From Acholeplasma sp. (GTDB taxonomy: Bacteria; Bacillota_I; Bacilli_A; Acholeplasmatales; UBA5453): a stretch of 64,000 nucleotides of DNA. Made by a program: the position numbers and the translations under genes. The stretch lies in assembly GCA_036677365.1 (NCBI GenBank), contig JAVBWN010000025.1, positions 14,301 through 78,300 on the forward strand, given 5' to 3'. Below the pieces are notes generated by a model, which did no database searches, was not told the DNA's origin, and saw nothing but the letters and a program-made list of their open reading frames with translations. Shown here one piece after another: positions 1-11,509 of the stretch; the first letter of the stretch is position 1; every line of letters starts with the position of its first letter.

Positions 1-1107
1 GCAGCAAAATTATTAACATTCTCTGTGGTTTTAGGGGTTATCGTCAATGCTTTATTGTTCTTTGGAGCACCACTGATCGCTCAAATGATGGGTGCAGAAG
101 GATTGACGTTTGAATATGCAGTCACGTATTTTAGATATCGGTCATTGGAATTTACGTTTGTATATGTTTTCTTAGCATATCAAGCCATCAGACAAGCCAG
201 TGGCGATACAGCATCCCCTGTTCGTTTATCCATCATCAGTATTTTCGTAAATATGTTTTTAACTTGGTTATTTATTTCTGAATTTAAGATGGGCATAGCG
301 GGTGCAGGTTTGTCTACACTCATCAGCCAAGCCATCATCGTTCCATTTGCAGTACATGATTTGTTTTTTTCCAAAGAACACCCAAGAATTGAAGCGAAGG
401 ACCTTGGTTTTGACAGTCATATTTTAAAAGAAATTTCTAAGTTCGCGATGCCATCAGCGACTGCACAAGCATTCTCATCCTTAGGTTTCGCTGTCATTCA
501 AGCGATGATTCTCAGCTATGGTGATGTGGTATCTTCAGGGTTTTCGACGGGGAATCGAATCTCATCGTTATTGTTAAACCCTGTCATGGCGATTGGTTCT
601 GTAGTCACTGCTTATATTGGTCAAAACATTGGTGCCAATAACCCAGAACGGGCGAAAAAATCTTATGAAGTGGCGAGAAACTTGAGCGTCAGTATCATGG
701 TCATTGGCGTCTTAATCATCATTCCTTTCGCAAAACCCATCGCACAGTTCATTGTTGGTCCTAAAAATGGGGCGATTGTCGCGGTGACCGTTGAGTATTC
801 GATATGGATTTTAGGGACACAACCGTTGATGGCCATCTTCCAAACCCATTTATCGGCTTTCAATGGGTCTGGCAATAATAAATATGCCTTAATGATGACA
901 TTCACACGCTTATGGATTTTGCGTGTACCACTCGTTTTATTCTTCAAATACGCCACAGACGTTGGGTATGCTGGCATTTGGTATGCCATGGTTATTTCCA
1001 ACTTAATCATATTATTTATGGGTTCATATCTTTATCGCAAGGTGAAATTCCAAAGGAAGGTATTCATCGATGAACACGAAGAACCTCTGGACAATTTTTC
1101 AATCTAA
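1..1107 (+). CDS. MATE family efflux transporter (5'-partial)
   Basis: Frame is open from base 1. Many TM segments, with MATE motifs 'MGIAGAGLSTLISQ', 'IGQNIGANNPERAKK' and 'GYAGIWYAMVISN'. Confidence 0.9.
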   Translation, partial: AAKLLTFSVVLGVIVNALLFFGAPLIAQMMGAEGLTFEYAVTYFRYRSLEFTFVYVFLAYQAIRQASGDTASPVRLSIISIFVNMFLTWLFISEFKMGIAGAGLSTLISQAIIVPFAVHDLFFSKEHPRIEAKDLGFDSHILKEISKFAMPSATAQAFSSLGFAVIQAMILSYGDVVSSGFSTGNRISSLLLNPVMAIGSVVTAYIGQNIGANNPERAKKSYEVARNLSVSIMVIGVLIIIPFAKPIAQFIVGPKNGAIVAVTVEYSIWILGTQPLMAIFQTHLSAFNGSGNNKYALMMTFTRLWILRVPLVLFFKYATDVGYAGIWYAMVISNLIILFMGSYLYRKVKFQRKVFIDEHEEPLDNFSI

Positions 1108-1999
1108 ATTTGATTTGGTGGGTATCATCCGAACCAAAGACTACTTAGAAGCGGCCCGTCAAATGGGTAAAAACGTCATTCAAGAGACGTATCCTACGAT
1201 GGTTGTTTTGGGGTTGAGCTATCCGAAACGGATGATTAAACATACCAAAACCCATCTCGTACCTTCTTTTTATACGTTTGGTAAAGACTACCACATGGTA
1301 TTAAAAGATCGCATGCTTGAAGTGTTGAATGACTTGGGTATTGAATACCGTTTGGGTGTGGATAACCACAACCACGATGAACGGTTGGCGGCCACTTTAG
1401 CGGGTTTAGGCTTTTTTGGGAAAAACCAACTGATTATAAATGAACAATTTGGGTCTTACTTTTTCCTCGGATTGGTATTTTTGAACATCGAAATCGAACG
1501 CGAAATCAAATTATTGGTTACAGAGGATTGTGGGTCATGTCGAAAATGCATCGATGCGTGTCCAACCAATGCTTTATCCGAAACAGGATATCGTATGGAT
1601 TTGTGCATGAGTCATTACAATCAATCCAAACGTATCTTGACTGACCATGAGATGGATGCCAATTACAGTTTATTTGGTTGTGACATTTGTCAGATGGTTT
1701 GTCCAAAAAACGTGAACATCATAAAGCAAACCCACCCTGAGTTTGAGCTTTCTGGGAAAGAAATGGTATCGATTGTCGATTTGTTCAGCGATTCGGTAAA
1801 AGTATTCAAAGAAAAATACAAAGACATGCCTTATTTATGGAAAGGCAAAACCGTGTTGATGCGAAACGCATTATTGATCATCAAACGACTGAAACTAAAA
1901 GAACACATCGACTTGATTGAATCGACAAAGGATAAATCCAAAGTCGAATGGTATCAAGATACATTAGAACGTGTCTTAAAATCACTGAAGGAGGAGTAG
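1070..1999 (+). CDS. queG: epoxyqueuosine reductase QueG-like
   Basis: 'GKDYH', 'AGLGFFGKN', ferredoxin motif CGSCRKCIDACPT and GCDICQMVCP. Confidence 0.85.
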   Translation: MNTKNLWTIFQSKFDLVGIIRTKDYLEAARQMGKNVIQETYPTMVVLGLSYPKRMIKHTKTHLVPSFYTFGKDYHMVLKDRMLEVLNDLGIEYRLGVDNHNHDERLAATLAGLGFFGKNQLIINEQFGSYFFLGLVFLNIEIEREIKLLVTEDCGSCRKCIDACPTNALSETGYRMDLCMSHYNQSKRILTDHEMDANYSLFGCDICQMVCPKNVNIIKQTHPEFELSGKEMVSIVDLFSDSVKVFKEKYKDMPYLWKGKTVLMRNALLIIKRLKLKEHIDLIESTKDKSKVEWYQDTLERVLKSLKEE

Positions 2000-2000
2000 T

Positions 2001-2522
2001 ATGGAACTCAATATTGTTTTATTTGAACCTGAAATCCCACAAAATACGGGAAACATCATGCGTACATGTGTGGGCATCAATGCGAAGTTGCACTTGATCA
2101 AGCCCTTGGGTTTTTCACTGGATGAAAAGTATCTCAAAAGAAGTGCACTCGATTATATTAAAGATTTAAATTATACCATTTATGAAAATTATCAAGATTT
2201 TTCTACTAAAAATCCCGGTCAATATTTCTTTTTAACCCGCTATGGCAAAAAGACGTATTCTGAAATCGATTATACAAAAATCGAACAACCCATATACTTG
2301 ATTTTTGGAAAAGAATCCACTGGGGTAGACAGAACCATTTTGGCTGCCCATATGGACACCTGTTATCGAATCCCAACCACCGATAAAATCAGATCGCTCA
2401 ATTTATCAAATGCTGTCGCGTTGGTGGCCTTTGAAGTGATGAGACAAGTGGATTTTGAAGGCTTACACAAATATGAGCCCGAAACACTCAAAGGCAAAGA
2501 TTTCTTGGACCAATTCAAATGA
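2001..2522 (+). CDS. trmL: tRNA (cytidine/uridine-34 2'-O)-methyltransferase
   Basis: SPOUT motifs 'PEIPQNTGNI', 'FGKESTG' and 'RSLNLSN'. Confidence 0.93.
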   Translation: MELNIVLFEPEIPQNTGNIMRTCVGINAKLHLIKPLGFSLDEKYLKRSALDYIKDLNYTIYENYQDFSTKNPGQYFFLTRYGKKTYSEIDYTKIEQPIYLIFGKESTGVDRTILAAHMDTCYRIPTTDKIRSLNLSNAVALVAFEVMRQVDFEGLHKYEPETLKGKDFLDQFK

Positions 2523-3037
2523 TCTTAGTCACTGCATTTGAACCGTTTGGTGGAAAAACGTGGAATGCTTCCAAAATGATTTTAGATCGAATTCAATCCG
2601 ATGTGGATAAACTAGAGTTACCAGTATCCATCGCAAAAGTAAAAGAAGTCATCACACAGTTGGATTTAACTCCGTATCGATGCATCTTAATGCTCGGTGA
2701 AGCCAACCGTGATGTGGTATCATTAGAGCAGTATGCGTATAATGAACTGGATATGCGAATCCCTGACAATCAAGGCATTCAATTATTGAAACAACCCATC
2801 GATGAGGGGCAAACTTATCAAACTCCCATCGACTTGACACGTTTATTGAGACCTGGGGTGGTCCAATCGGAGGACCCAGGGCGTTATTTGTGTAATTATG
2901 CGTATTATCATATGGGTAAAAAACACCCAAACGTGCTATTTATCCATGTGTCAGCAACCCAAGAAACGGTTGAGTCACAAACTCAACTCATAGAGGAGAT
3001 CATTCATGAAATTAAGACCCTTTCAATCGCTCGGTGA
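2519..3037 (+). CDS. pcp: pyroglutamyl-peptidase I (C15)
   Basis: 'ILVTAFEPFGG', 'GRYLCN' (catalytic Cys) and 'FIHV' (catalytic His). Confidence 0.88.
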   Translation: MILVTAFEPFGGKTWNASKMILDRIQSDVDKLELPVSIAKVKEVITQLDLTPYRCILMLGEANRDVVSLEQYAYNELDMRIPDNQGIQLLKQPIDEGQTYQTPIDLTRLLRPGVVQSEDPGRYLCNYAYYHMGKKHPNVLFIHVSATQETVESQTQLIEEIIHEIKTLSIAR

Positions 3038-3638
3038 AGAGATTGCGAATGCAGTAAGCCATGGACTTGGCGCTGTTTTCGGTATTGTAGCACTCATTTT
3101 AATGTTATTGAAGGCAAACCACGGTAATGAAGTTTTTGGTGCGTTGGTCTTCGGTTTTAGCATCATCATCTTATATACCATGAGTACGCTTTATCACGCC
3201 TTCAAACGTGATACCAAAGTGAAACGTCTATTTAAACGATTTGACCACATTTCCATTTATATTTTAATTGGGGGAACATTCGCACCCATCTTCATCATTG
3301 TCGTTGATAAACCCATGGGGTGGTTTTTGTTGATTGGTCAATGGTTGTTGATTGCTTTAGGGGCAACCATGAAAGCCATCCACATCCACAAGTGGCAAAT
3401 CCCACATTTACTCTTATATATTATTTTAGGGTGGAGTGGTTTGACATTGATTGGACCACTATTTGAGCTTTCACAAGGGGCATTTTACTTCATCTTAGCC
3501 GGTGGCATTGCTTATACCGTCGGTGTTATTTTCTATGCCTTATCTAAAGTCTTTAAATACAGTCATTTTGTTTGGCACATCTTCGTATTTTTAGGTACTT
3601 TATTACAATTTATCGCCATTTATGCGTATTTACTCTAA
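3006..3638 (+). CDS. hemolysin III / PAQR family membrane protein
   Basis: 'EEIANAVSHG', 'STLYH', 'DHISIYILIGGT' and 'HFVWHIFV'; about 7 TM segments. Confidence 0.92.
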   Translation: MKLRPFQSLGEEIANAVSHGLGAVFGIVALILMLLKANHGNEVFGALVFGFSIIILYTMSTLYHAFKRDTKVKRLFKRFDHISIYILIGGTFAPIFIIVVDKPMGWFLLIGQWLLIALGATMKAIHIHKWQIPHLLLYIILGWSGLTLIGPLFELSQGAFYFILAGGIAYTVGVIFYALSKVFKYSHFVWHIFVFLGTLLQFIAIYAYLL

Positions 3639-3658
3639 AAAATAGCAGAATTAACTAT

Positions 3659-3676
3659 TGTGAATAAATATTCATA
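3659..3676. promoter_or_regulatory. ARG-box-like palindrome upstream of ackA
   Basis: TGTGAATAAATATTCATA matches the ArgR consensus TNTGAATWWWWATTCANW. Confidence 0.45.
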
Positions 3677-3692
3677 ATGAGTGGGAAAAATC

Positions 3693-3721
3693 TTGCAAAA
3701 GCAAGCGAATTATATTATCAT
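3693..3721 (+). promoter_or_regulatory. sigma70-type promoter of ackA
   Basis: TTGCAA-17 bp-TATCAT. Confidence 0.6.
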
Positions 3722-3752
3722 AAAGATGAACAAACAAGGAGATCATTACACT

Positions 3753-4928
3753 ATGAAAATTATGGCAGTCAATGCGGGTAGCTCTTCGATTAAATTCCAA
3801 TTGCTAGAAATGCCAGCTGAAAAACAAATCACGTCTGGGATTGTTGAAAGAATTGGGTCAGAAGAAGCCCTATTTACCATCAAATATAACGGGGAAAAGT
3901 TCGTTGAAACTTTACCAATCAAAGACCACGCCGTGGGGGTTGAACTGATTTTAGAAGGTTTAGTCAAACACAAAGTCATTGCCAACATCAATGACATTGA
4001 AGGCGTTGGACACAGGGTGGTTCAAGGCGGCGAATTCTTTAAAGATTCGACCATCATCACCGATGAAGTCTTACAAAAAATCATCGACTTGGGCGAAATG
4101 GCACCACTCCATAACCCAGCGAACGCAACAGGGATCAAAGCATTTAGAAAAGTATTACCACACGTCACACAAGTGGCAGTCTTCGATACAGTATTCCATC
4201 AAACCATGCAAAAAGATGCGTATCTTTATGGTACCCCTTATGAATGGTATACCCAATATGGCATCCGTAAATATGGATTCCACGGGACCAGCCACCAATA
4301 TGTATCAGAAAAAGCCAATCAATTGATGGGTACGACACAAACCAAAGTGGTTGTATGCCACATTGGCAACGGGGCATCGTTGTCAGCCGTTAAAAACGGG
4401 CATTGTGTTGAAACATCGATGGGATTTACACCGCTTGAAGGCTTCCCTATGGGGACCCGTTCTGGTTCGATTGACCCAGCCATCACCGCTTATATGGCAA
4501 ACAAACTCAACAAATCAGCTCAAGACATCACTGATATTTTAAATAAGAAGTCTGGTTACCTTGGTATTTCAGGTTTATCGAATGACGCTAGAGACATCGA
4601 AGCAGCCATCGAAAAAGGCAATGAAAGAGCACGTTTGGCTTTCGATATTCAAGCCAAACAAATTGCCGATTATATCGGTTCTTACTATGTTTACATGGGT
4701 GGTTTAGACGCGATTTGCTTCACCGCTGGGATTGGTGAGAACTCCCCAGTCTTAAGACAAATGATCATCGATCGTTTGGCAGTCCTTGGTGTTGAACTCA
4801 ACAAAGACCTCAACAAACTCCGTGGCGAAAGACTCATTTCAACCGAAAACTCTAAAGTCAAAGTCTTCATCATCCCAACCGATGAAGAAGTCATGATCGC
4901 TAGAGACACGATGAGATTATCACACTAA
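3753..4928 (+). CDS. ackA: acetate kinase
   Basis: 'AVNAGSSSIK', 'GHRVVQGG', 'APLHNP', 'YGFHGTSH', 'FTAGIGENS' and 'PTDEE'. Start moved to ATG 3753, which follows an AGGAG RBS. Confidence 0.97.
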   Translation: MKIMAVNAGSSSIKFQLLEMPAEKQITSGIVERIGSEEALFTIKYNGEKFVETLPIKDHAVGVELILEGLVKHKVIANINDIEGVGHRVVQGGEFFKDSTIITDEVLQKIIDLGEMAPLHNPANATGIKAFRKVLPHVTQVAVFDTVFHQTMQKDAYLYGTPYEWYTQYGIRKYGFHGTSHQYVSEKANQLMGTTQTKVVVCHIGNGASLSAVKNGHCVETSMGFTPLEGFPMGTRSGSIDPAITAYMANKLNKSAQDITDILNKKSGYLGISGLSNDARDIEAAIEKGNERARLAFDIQAKQIADYIGSYYVYMGGLDAICFTAGIGENSPVLRQMIIDRLAVLGVELNKDLNKLRGERLISTENSKVKVFIIPTDEEVMIARDTMRLSH

Positions 4929-4939
4929 TTTAAGTTTAG

Positions 4940-4969
4940 AAACGCGACCTCAGGGTGGCGTTTTTTTTT
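4940..4969 (+). terminator. intrinsic terminator after ackA
   Basis: AAACGCGACC-TCAG-GGTGGCGTTT followed by a T run. Confidence 0.8.
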
Positions 4970-4984
4970 CTATTCAAAAAGAAA

Positions 4985-5138
4985 AATTGAAACATTTAAA
5001 AAAAACTTAAAATCGGTTACACAAACCACTTGAAATTATGTAAGCGCTTGTGATAAGATGAATATACAAATTGAAATGTTTCAATTCTTTTTATGGAAGG
5101 TTTGATGTAAACCCATTCTATAGAATGTATCCGATACA
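4985..5138 (+). promoter_or_regulatory. promoter/operator region of the sugar operon
   Basis: Promoter TTGAAA(5030)-18-TAAGAT with extended TG. LacI-type palindromes AATTGAAATGTTTCAATT (5069-5086) and AATTGAAACATTTAAAAA (4985-5002). cre-like TAAAATCGGTTACA (5008-5021) and TGTAAGCGCTTGTG (5039-5052). Palindrome TGTATCCGATACA (5126-5138). Confidence 0.65.
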
Positions 5139-5158
5139 AAAATTTAAGGGAGGTTCAC

Positions 5159-6127
5159 ATGGCCACAATCAAAGATGTCGCAAAACAAGCAGGGGTATCG
5201 ATCGCCACCGTATCCTATGTTATGAACAATGATCCAAGGATTAAAAAAGAAACCGCGGATAAGGTCCTTAAGGTTGCAGAAGAAATCAATTACTTACCGA
5301 ATGGGATCGCGAGAAATTTTAAGAAGAACAAGACGAACAACGTTTTGGTGTTGATTCACAACTTTGGTGGACCGATTTACCAAGAAATCTTAGAAGAAAT
5401 CCATACCACTTTAAAGGCGCTATCTTACAAAATGATTGTTTGTAGTGGTGAACTCGCACACAATCTATTACAAGAAAAACAAGCCGATGGGGCGATCGTG
5501 TTAGACACCACCGTGGAACCAAACTTGTTAGAACGGATTGCGAAAAAAGGTTTTCCAATCATCGACTTAAGAAAAATCTATGGTCCAACTTCTGAAATCA
5601 TTGTGAAAAGCATGGATGGGTTCACACCTGTGTATGAAGTCATTAAGTTGGCGATTCATTCGGGATTTTCGAAGTTTGGATTTATGCACGGGAATGAAGA
5701 TTCTCCAGACAACATCAAACGTTATCGGGGGTTTATCAAAGCAATCCAAGAAAACCAACTTCAACCGTTTTGTGAATTAAAAGGACAATTTAGGGAACAA
5801 TCCGGCTATCAAGCCATAAAAGATTATTTTGAAACAGGCAATATCTTGCCAGAAGTACTATTTTGTGCCAACGATGAAATGGCGATTGGGGTCATCAATT
5901 ACTTGAATGAAATGAAAGTAGATATCCCTAAAGCCATGAAAATCATTGGCTTCGATAACATTGAACTGGGCAAATATATCAAGCCACAGTTGACCACAAT
6001 TGACGTCAATCGTGCCGAATGGGCAAGGAACTTGGCAGAGTCGATTGTCTCCGCGATTGAAGGAAGAACCGCTGAAATTCAAAAATACGACGCTAGATTC
6101 GCAATCATCCGTCGTGAAACATTTTAA
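5159..6127 (+). CDS. LacI family transcriptional regulator
   Basis: HTH 'ATIKDVAKQAGVSIATVSYVMN'; C-terminal 'ANDEMAIG' and 'IGFDN...LTTI'. Confidence 0.96.
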   Translation: MATIKDVAKQAGVSIATVSYVMNNDPRIKKETADKVLKVAEEINYLPNGIARNFKKNKTNNVLVLIHNFGGPIYQEILEEIHTTLKALSYKMIVCSGELAHNLLQEKQADGAIVLDTTVEPNLLERIAKKGFPIIDLRKIYGPTSEIIVKSMDGFTPVYEVIKLAIHSGFSKFGFMHGNEDSPDNIKRYRGFIKAIQENQLQPFCELKGQFREQSGYQAIKDYFETGNILPEVLFCANDEMAIGVINYLNEMKVDIPKAMKIIGFDNIELGKYIKPQLTTIDVNRAEWARNLAESIVSAIEGRTAEIQKYDARFAIIRRETF

Positions 6128-6141
6128 TGAGGAGGATTCAT

Positions 6142-7587
6142 ATGAAAAAAGTATTACTAATCATGGTTTTGATGTTTTCTGTTTCATTGCTTGTTGCATG
6201 TAACAATGGTGGCAACCATAATGATGGCAAAATCAAAATCACTTATGCCAACTGGAACTTAGGTGCACCGGATGCTGAAACCCCAAACATGGAACGTTTG
6301 ATGATTGAAGCATTTGAAGCAGCCAATCCAGACATCGATGTGGTCATTGTCGAACGTCCAAAAGTACCTGGTACAACCAATGACGTATCTTGGAGCGAAT
6401 TTTTAGCTGCAAGAGCATCCACAGAAAGCTTACCTGACGTCTTTATGGCGGATGATATTCCGTATTATGTCGTCAATGACTGGGCTTATAACATCAGTGA
6501 TATCGCGAATGCAGACCCAGAATTCTTAAACGTTTCTGAAGGTATCCGTGGGGCTGCTACATACAATGGTAAAGTCATGGCCTTACCAAATGCGGTATTT
6601 TATGCGGGTTATGTTGTCAATAAGAGTTTATATGATCAACGTGGTCAAGATTGGCCAACCACCACCACCACATTTGATGAGTTCATTCAAATGACCAAAG
6701 CGGCTGCCAACCATTCATCGACCACCAATACCGGTATTGTCGGTCTTGAAGGGATTGAACACATCATCCACTGGTACCCCGCACAACTCAATGCCAGCTA
6801 TGGTTGGTTTACAATGAATCAAAATGGATTCAACTTAGACTCCACTGAATTTGCTACAACCGTGGATTTCTATCGCAGTTTACAAACAGACACATCCTTC
6901 GTATTAGAAGCACTCCAATACGAAGCCGCTAAAGAAGATTCCACCATCGATATCGAAGCGATTTTCCAAGGGGGCAGTGCCGGTGCAGCATTCAATAACG
7001 GTGCCATTCTTGCGAAATGGTTCTATTCATGGGACTTTGGGTGGATGCAAGCAAACATCAATAATGGGACTTACACTTGGGATTTAGATTTCATTGGTAC
7101 CCCTGTCGTCAATGGCAACAAACGTGTACCAATCGTTGCTGACTTCTTTACCATTGCTTCCAATACCAAACAACCAGAAGCCGCGTATAAGCTTGCTAAA
7201 TGGATGGGCTTTGGGAAAGATGGGTACCTCAAACGCATTGAATTATCTAAAACCATTGAAGGTATTTCACAAGTCAACTTCGCACCACTTCAAAATGATG
7301 CAGACTTACTCGATGCTTACTTTGAACTTTACCCAGCATTCACAGGGTTAAGAGCAATTGTTGAAGCAGGTAATGTCGTTGTTGAACCACCAAAATTCTT
7401 GCCTGGTTATATCCAAGCCCGTTATCAAGGGACCTATGACGCTGAAAACAAGATGGGAGACATCATCAACAAGTTAAGATTCGGTGAAGTCTTGTATGCA
7501 GACGTACGCGTCAATTTAAACAACCGCGCTAATGCCATTTATAATGAAGCGAAAGCCGCGTTTGAACAAGCTTTACAATCACGTTAA
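6142..7587 (+). CDS. sugar ABC solute-binding lipoprotein
   Basis: Lipobox 'LLVAC', 'FEAANPDIDV' and 'LPDVF'. Start at ATG 6142 after GGAGG. Confidence 0.9.
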   Translation: MKKVLLIMVLMFSVSLLVACNNGGNHNDGKIKITYANWNLGAPDAETPNMERLMIEAFEAANPDIDVVIVERPKVPGTTNDVSWSEFLAARASTESLPDVFMADDIPYYVVNDWAYNISDIANADPEFLNVSEGIRGAATYNGKVMALPNAVFYAGYVVNKSLYDQRGQDWPTTTTTFDEFIQMTKAAANHSSTTNTGIVGLEGIEHIIHWYPAQLNASYGWFTMNQNGFNLDSTEFATTVDFYRSLQTDTSFVLEALQYEAAKEDSTIDIEAIFQGGSAGAAFNNGAILAKWFYSWDFGWMQANINNGTYTWDLDFIGTPVVNGNKRVPIVADFFTIASNTKQPEAAYKLAKWMGFGKDGYLKRIELSKTIEGISQVNFAPLQNDADLLDAYFELYPAFTGLRAIVEAGNVVVEPPKFLPGYIQARYQGTYDAENKMGDIINKLRFGEVLYADVRVNLNNRANAIYNEAKAAFEQALQSR

Positions 7588-7598
7588 AAGAATTGAGT

Positions 7599-7626
7599 GG
7601 GGGAAATCTACGTCCGGATTTCCCCT
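7599..7626 (+). other. intercistronic stem-loop after the SBP gene (mRNA stabiliser or partial terminator)
   Basis: GGGGGAAATCT-6 nt-GGATTTCCCCT. Confidence 0.6.
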
Positions 7627-7656
7627 TCTTCAAATGATATGCTGTGGAGGGTATGT

Positions 7657-10581
7657 ATGAATATATCGACTAAAATGCGAAAAATCATGATGTTATCGCT
7701 GGGGGGACTCCTCCTTATCTGGGTAGTCAACCTCATTGTTCAAAACCTCAACCCTGAGGTAGCGAAACCCACCTTAATTGAATATACCACCACCGCCCCT
7801 TCGAACACATACGCGGCTTTTTTACAGTCGCACGATACGACATACAACAATGATCAAAACCACACATTTCCAGCTTCATCCTTCATTTTAGAACCAGGCG
7901 AAGCCATTTCTGTGGGTGGTTTTTATGATTGGATAGACCCGACCCGAATTCAAATTGAATTAAGTGGAATGACCTCGGGCTTATATCAAGTATGGTTAAC
8001 GTATCAAGCCAACCCAGATAACTATTTGCCAATTGTCTTATCGATGACCATCGATGGGGTCTTGCCTTACCAAGAAGCCACCCAAGGGTCATTGGATACG
8101 TATTGGGTCGAAGCCGATGATACCGTACGTCAAGACCGTTATGGTAATGACGTGTCTGTTTTAAAAGCAACTTACGATGATTTTATACGTAAAACACTGA
8201 AAGACCCCAATCGTTTATATACCGAAGGGTTGTTGGTGTATTTAACACCTGCGAATTTGACCCTTGAACTGGAAAAAATCTCGGGGGCTTTGAAGTTACA
8301 AGCCATCGAACTATCACCGCTTCAAGCGTTACCAACCTATGCAGAATATTTGCCAAATGGCAGTATGGTAGAAGTTGGCAATCACCGTTTTGAAGCTGAA
8401 GATATGTTCTTGATGAACCACTCTAGCATCACGAGAGGCATTTCAAAAGACATCGGTGTATTGCCATTTTCGATTTCAAAATTAAAACTCAATGTGTTGG
8501 GCACTGAAAACTACCAAGAACCTGGTGACGCCGTGTCTTGGGTGGTCGATATAGACCAACCTGGGTATTATATGCTCACATTTAAGGTTCAACAAAACAG
8601 ACAAAAAACCACCTCTTATCGCACACTTTATATCAATGGGGAAATCCCATTTGAAGAAGCCAAACATTTGCCATTTGGGTTCAGCCGAAACTGGCAAAAT
8701 GTGACATTATCCAGTTTTGAAGATGAACCGTACCTCTTTTATTTAGAACCTGGAGACATCATCACTTTAGAAGTCGATAGCCGCTTATTCATCGATATTG
8801 GAAGAAAAATGCGCATGATTTCGGATGAAATGACCCAATTTGGTCTAGAAGTGACCAAACTCACCAGAAACAACGTGGATAAATCCATCGACTGGGATAT
8901 GATTGCGTATTTTCCCGATATTTATACGCGATTAGAATCCTGGACTTTTGGTTTAACCGAAGTGATCGACGCTTTAGATCAATTATATGGTTACAGGGGA
9001 GACTCTAAAACCGTTTCAGATTTAAAAGCAGCCCGTTCGAAAATTCAAACTTTAATCAAAGACATCGATGAAATCCCTAGACGATTGACATTATTATCGA
9101 CAGGGTCATCTTCGGCGGTGACTTTAATCTCAGGACAAATCGATGTTGTTTTACAACAACCGCTCGTCATGGATGCTTTCTTTTTACATGGCAATCACAA
9201 CTTACCAAGAGCGAATGCGCGTTTCTTCCAATCGTTAGTCATTGGTGTACAACGTTTTTTCGCCTCCTTCATCAACCCTTCTTATTCTGAAGGGGTAGCG
9301 CCAGATGAAATCGAAGTATGGGTCAATCGCTCTAGACAATACGTTGACCTCATTCAACGCATCACCGATGGTGTGTTCACAGAACAAACGGGCATCAAAG
9401 TGAAAGTATCGATCATGAATGACGATGGCAAACTCTTGCTCGCCAATTCAGCCGATAAGCAACCCGATGTCGCCCTAGGGGTATCCGCATGGATTCCAAA
9501 CGATTACGGGATGCGGGGGATGTTGGTGGATTTATCGACCATGCCTGGGTTTGAACAAACCCTCAAAGTATATAACCCAGAACAAGTGGTACCGATGATT
9601 TATGACAACCAATTGTTCGGTTTACCGGAAACTGAAAACTTTTATGTGTTGGTCTATCGTAAAGACATATTAGATCAACTCGAATTATCGGTACCCGATA
9701 CATGGGACGATGTTTTAAGCATGTTACCGATCCTGGAACGTTATGGGATGAGTTTTTATGTCCCATTGTCAAACAACAGCAGTTTGAAATCCTTTGACAC
9801 CACCGCCCCATTCATTTTCCAATTTGGGGGTCAATTATATGCAGAAGATGGGTTATCTGCGGCGATAGACAATGAAAATACCATCCAAGCGATGACGTTC
9901 ATGGCCGATTTATACCGTGAATACAGCTTATCTTATCAAGTACCGAGCTTTTTCAATAGTTTTAGATATGGAAAAATCCCTGTGGGTATCGCTGATTTTG
10001 GGATGTACCTTCAATTATTAAACGCTGCCTCTGAAATTAAAGGTTTGTGGGACATCGCTTTGGTTCCTGGGGTTGAACGCGATGGCGAAATCCATCGAGA
10101 CATGCCAGGGGCACAACAAGCCAGCATATTGTTTAAAAAGAGTCAAAAACAAGACGATGCGTGGCAGTTCATGCAGTGGTGGCACTCAACAGAAACCCAG
10201 GTGCTCTTTTCCAATACCTTAATCAATACCTTAGGTACAAGATATTTATGGAACACAGCGAATTTGGAAGCTTTTGAACAACTCAATTGGAATAAAGCCC
10301 ATCAAGCCGTGATTTTAGAACAATGGACCCATCTAAGAGAAGTACCAAAGATTCCGGGGTCATATATGGTTGAGCGTGAACTATCGAACACCTTGAATAG
10401 TGTGGTCTTCTATGACGCTAACTTAAGAAGTACGATGACCGACAGCATCCTCAAGATGAATAAAGAAATCAGTCGAAAGATGCTGGAATTTGGTTACATC
10501 AACCAAAGGGGCGAATCATTAAAACCATTCATCATACCGAATCGTGAGATCGTTGAAGGGTGGGTGAATGACCATGAGTAA
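7657..10581 (+). CDS. large membrane-anchored solute-binding protein with N-terminal CBM-like domains
   Basis: N-terminal TM; CBM6/35-like 'FEAED' and 'PGYYMLTFK...TLYINGE'; C-terminal SBP_bac_1 ('FTEQTGIKV', 'QPDVAL', '[19 protein letters not shown]'). Confidence 0.8.
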   Translation: MNISTKMRKIMMLSLGGLLLIWVVNLIVQNLNPEVAKPTLIEYTTTAPSNTYAAFLQSHDTTYNNDQNHTFPASSFILEPGEAISVGGFYDWIDPTRIQIELSGMTSGLYQVWLTYQANPDNYLPIVLSMTIDGVLPYQEATQGSLDTYWVEADDTVRQDRYGNDVSVLKATYDDFIRKTLKDPNRLYTEGLLVYLTPANLTLELEKISGALKLQAIELSPLQALPTYAEYLPNGSMVEVGNHRFEAEDMFLMNHSSITRGISKDIGVLPFSISKLKLNVLGTENYQEPGDAVSWVVDIDQPGYYMLTFKVQQNRQKTTSYRTLYINGEIPFEEAKHLPFGFSRNWQNVTLSSFEDEPYLFYLEPGDIITLEVDSRLFIDIGRKMRMISDEMTQFGLEVTKLTRNNVDKSIDWDMIAYFPDIYTRLESWTFGLTEVIDALDQLYGYRGDSKTVSDLKAARSKIQTLIKDIDEIPRRLTLLSTGSSSAVTLISGQIDVVLQQPLVMDAFFLHGNHNLPRANARFFQSLVIGVQRFFASFINPSYSEGVAPDEIEVWVNRSRQYVDLIQRITDGVFTEQTGIKVKVSIMNDDGKLLLANSADKQPDVALGVSAWIPNDYGMRGMLVDLSTMPGFEQTLKVYNPEQVVPMIYDNQLFGLPETENFYVLVYRKDILDQLELSVPDTWDDVLSMLPILERYGMSFYVPLSNNSSLKSFDTTAPFIFQFGGQLYAEDGLSAAIDNENTIQAMTFMADLYREYSLSYQVPSFFNSFRYGKIPVGIADFGMYLQLLNAASEIKGLWDIALVPGVERDGEIHRDMPGAQQASILFKKSQKQDDAWQFMQWWHSTETQVLFSNTLINTLGTRYLWNTANLEAFEQLNWNKAHQAVILEQWTHLREVPKIPGSYMVERELSNTLNSVVFYDANLRSTMTDSILKMNKEISRKMLEFGYINQRGESLKPFIIPNREIVEGWVNDHE

Positions 10582-11500
10582 GTTTAAAACCTTCATTGAG
10601 GTTGAAAAACGTAAGTTCAAACAAGACGATAAGGCAGCTTATTTATTCGCACTCCCTTATACGTTGCTTTTTATCACCTTCATCGTCGTTCCGATTTTAC
10701 TCGCGATTTTATTGAGTTTTACCACCTATGACTTGGTGAGCTCACCGAAACCCATTGGCATGAACAACTATATTTATTTATTAACCAGCGATGAAGAATT
10801 CATGAAATACATCCTCGCCAACACCATCAAATTTTCCATTTTGGTTGGACCTGGTGGTTATGTTTTATCCTTCATCTTAGCGTGGTGTTTGGCACAACTC
10901 CCACACCGCTTAAGAACCATCCTCGCCGTGATTTTATATACCCCATCTTTAACTGCAGGGGTCACGATGAGTGTCATTTGGAAAGTGTTTTTCGCAGGGG
11001 ATTCGAGCGGTTATTTAAACTATATCTTATTGGAGTTGGGTTTGATTGTTGAACCGATTGCGTTCTTACAATCCCCACAATACTTATTCACCATCATGGT
11101 TTTAGTCACCCTATGGGGGTCCATGGGTGTGGGGTTCTTAGCGATGCTCGCGGGTATTTTGAATGTCGATAAAGAACTCTATGAAGCGGCTTATTTGGAT
11201 GGGGTTAAAAACCGTTTCCAGGAAGTCATCCACATCACCATTCCTTCGATGAAACCACAAATGCTATTTGGTGCGGTTATGGCGATCGTGACCGCCTTCT
11301 CCACTGGCGCGATTGGGGTACAACTGTCGGGGAGTAACCCAACCCCAAACTATGCAGGGTCACTCATAGTTAACCACATTGAAGACTTTGGTTTCATCCG
11401 TTATGACATGGGTTACGCGGCAGCGTTATCTGTGGCATTGTTATTCTTGATATATTTCTTCAGCAAGATTGCATACCGATTATTTGGAGAAAGGGACTAG
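10568..11500 (+). CDS. carbohydrate ABC permease (MalF-type)
   Basis: EAA loop '[10 protein letters not shown]'; about 6 TM segments. Confidence 0.93.
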   Translation: MTMSKFKTFIEVEKRKFKQDDKAAYLFALPYTLLFITFIVVPILLAILLSFTTYDLVSSPKPIGMNNYIYLLTSDEEFMKYILANTIKFSILVGPGGYVLSFILAWCLAQLPHRLRTILAVILYTPSLTAGVTMSVIWKVFFAGDSSGYLNYILLELGLIVEPIAFLQSPQYLFTIMVLVTLWGSMGVGFLAMLAGILNVDKELYEAAYLDGVKNRFQEVIHITIPSMKPQMLFGAVMAIVTAFSTGAIGVQLSGSNPTPNYAGSLIVNHIEDFGFIRYDMGYAAALSVALLFLIYFFSKIAYRLFGERD

Positions 11501-11509
11501 GTGACAAAC

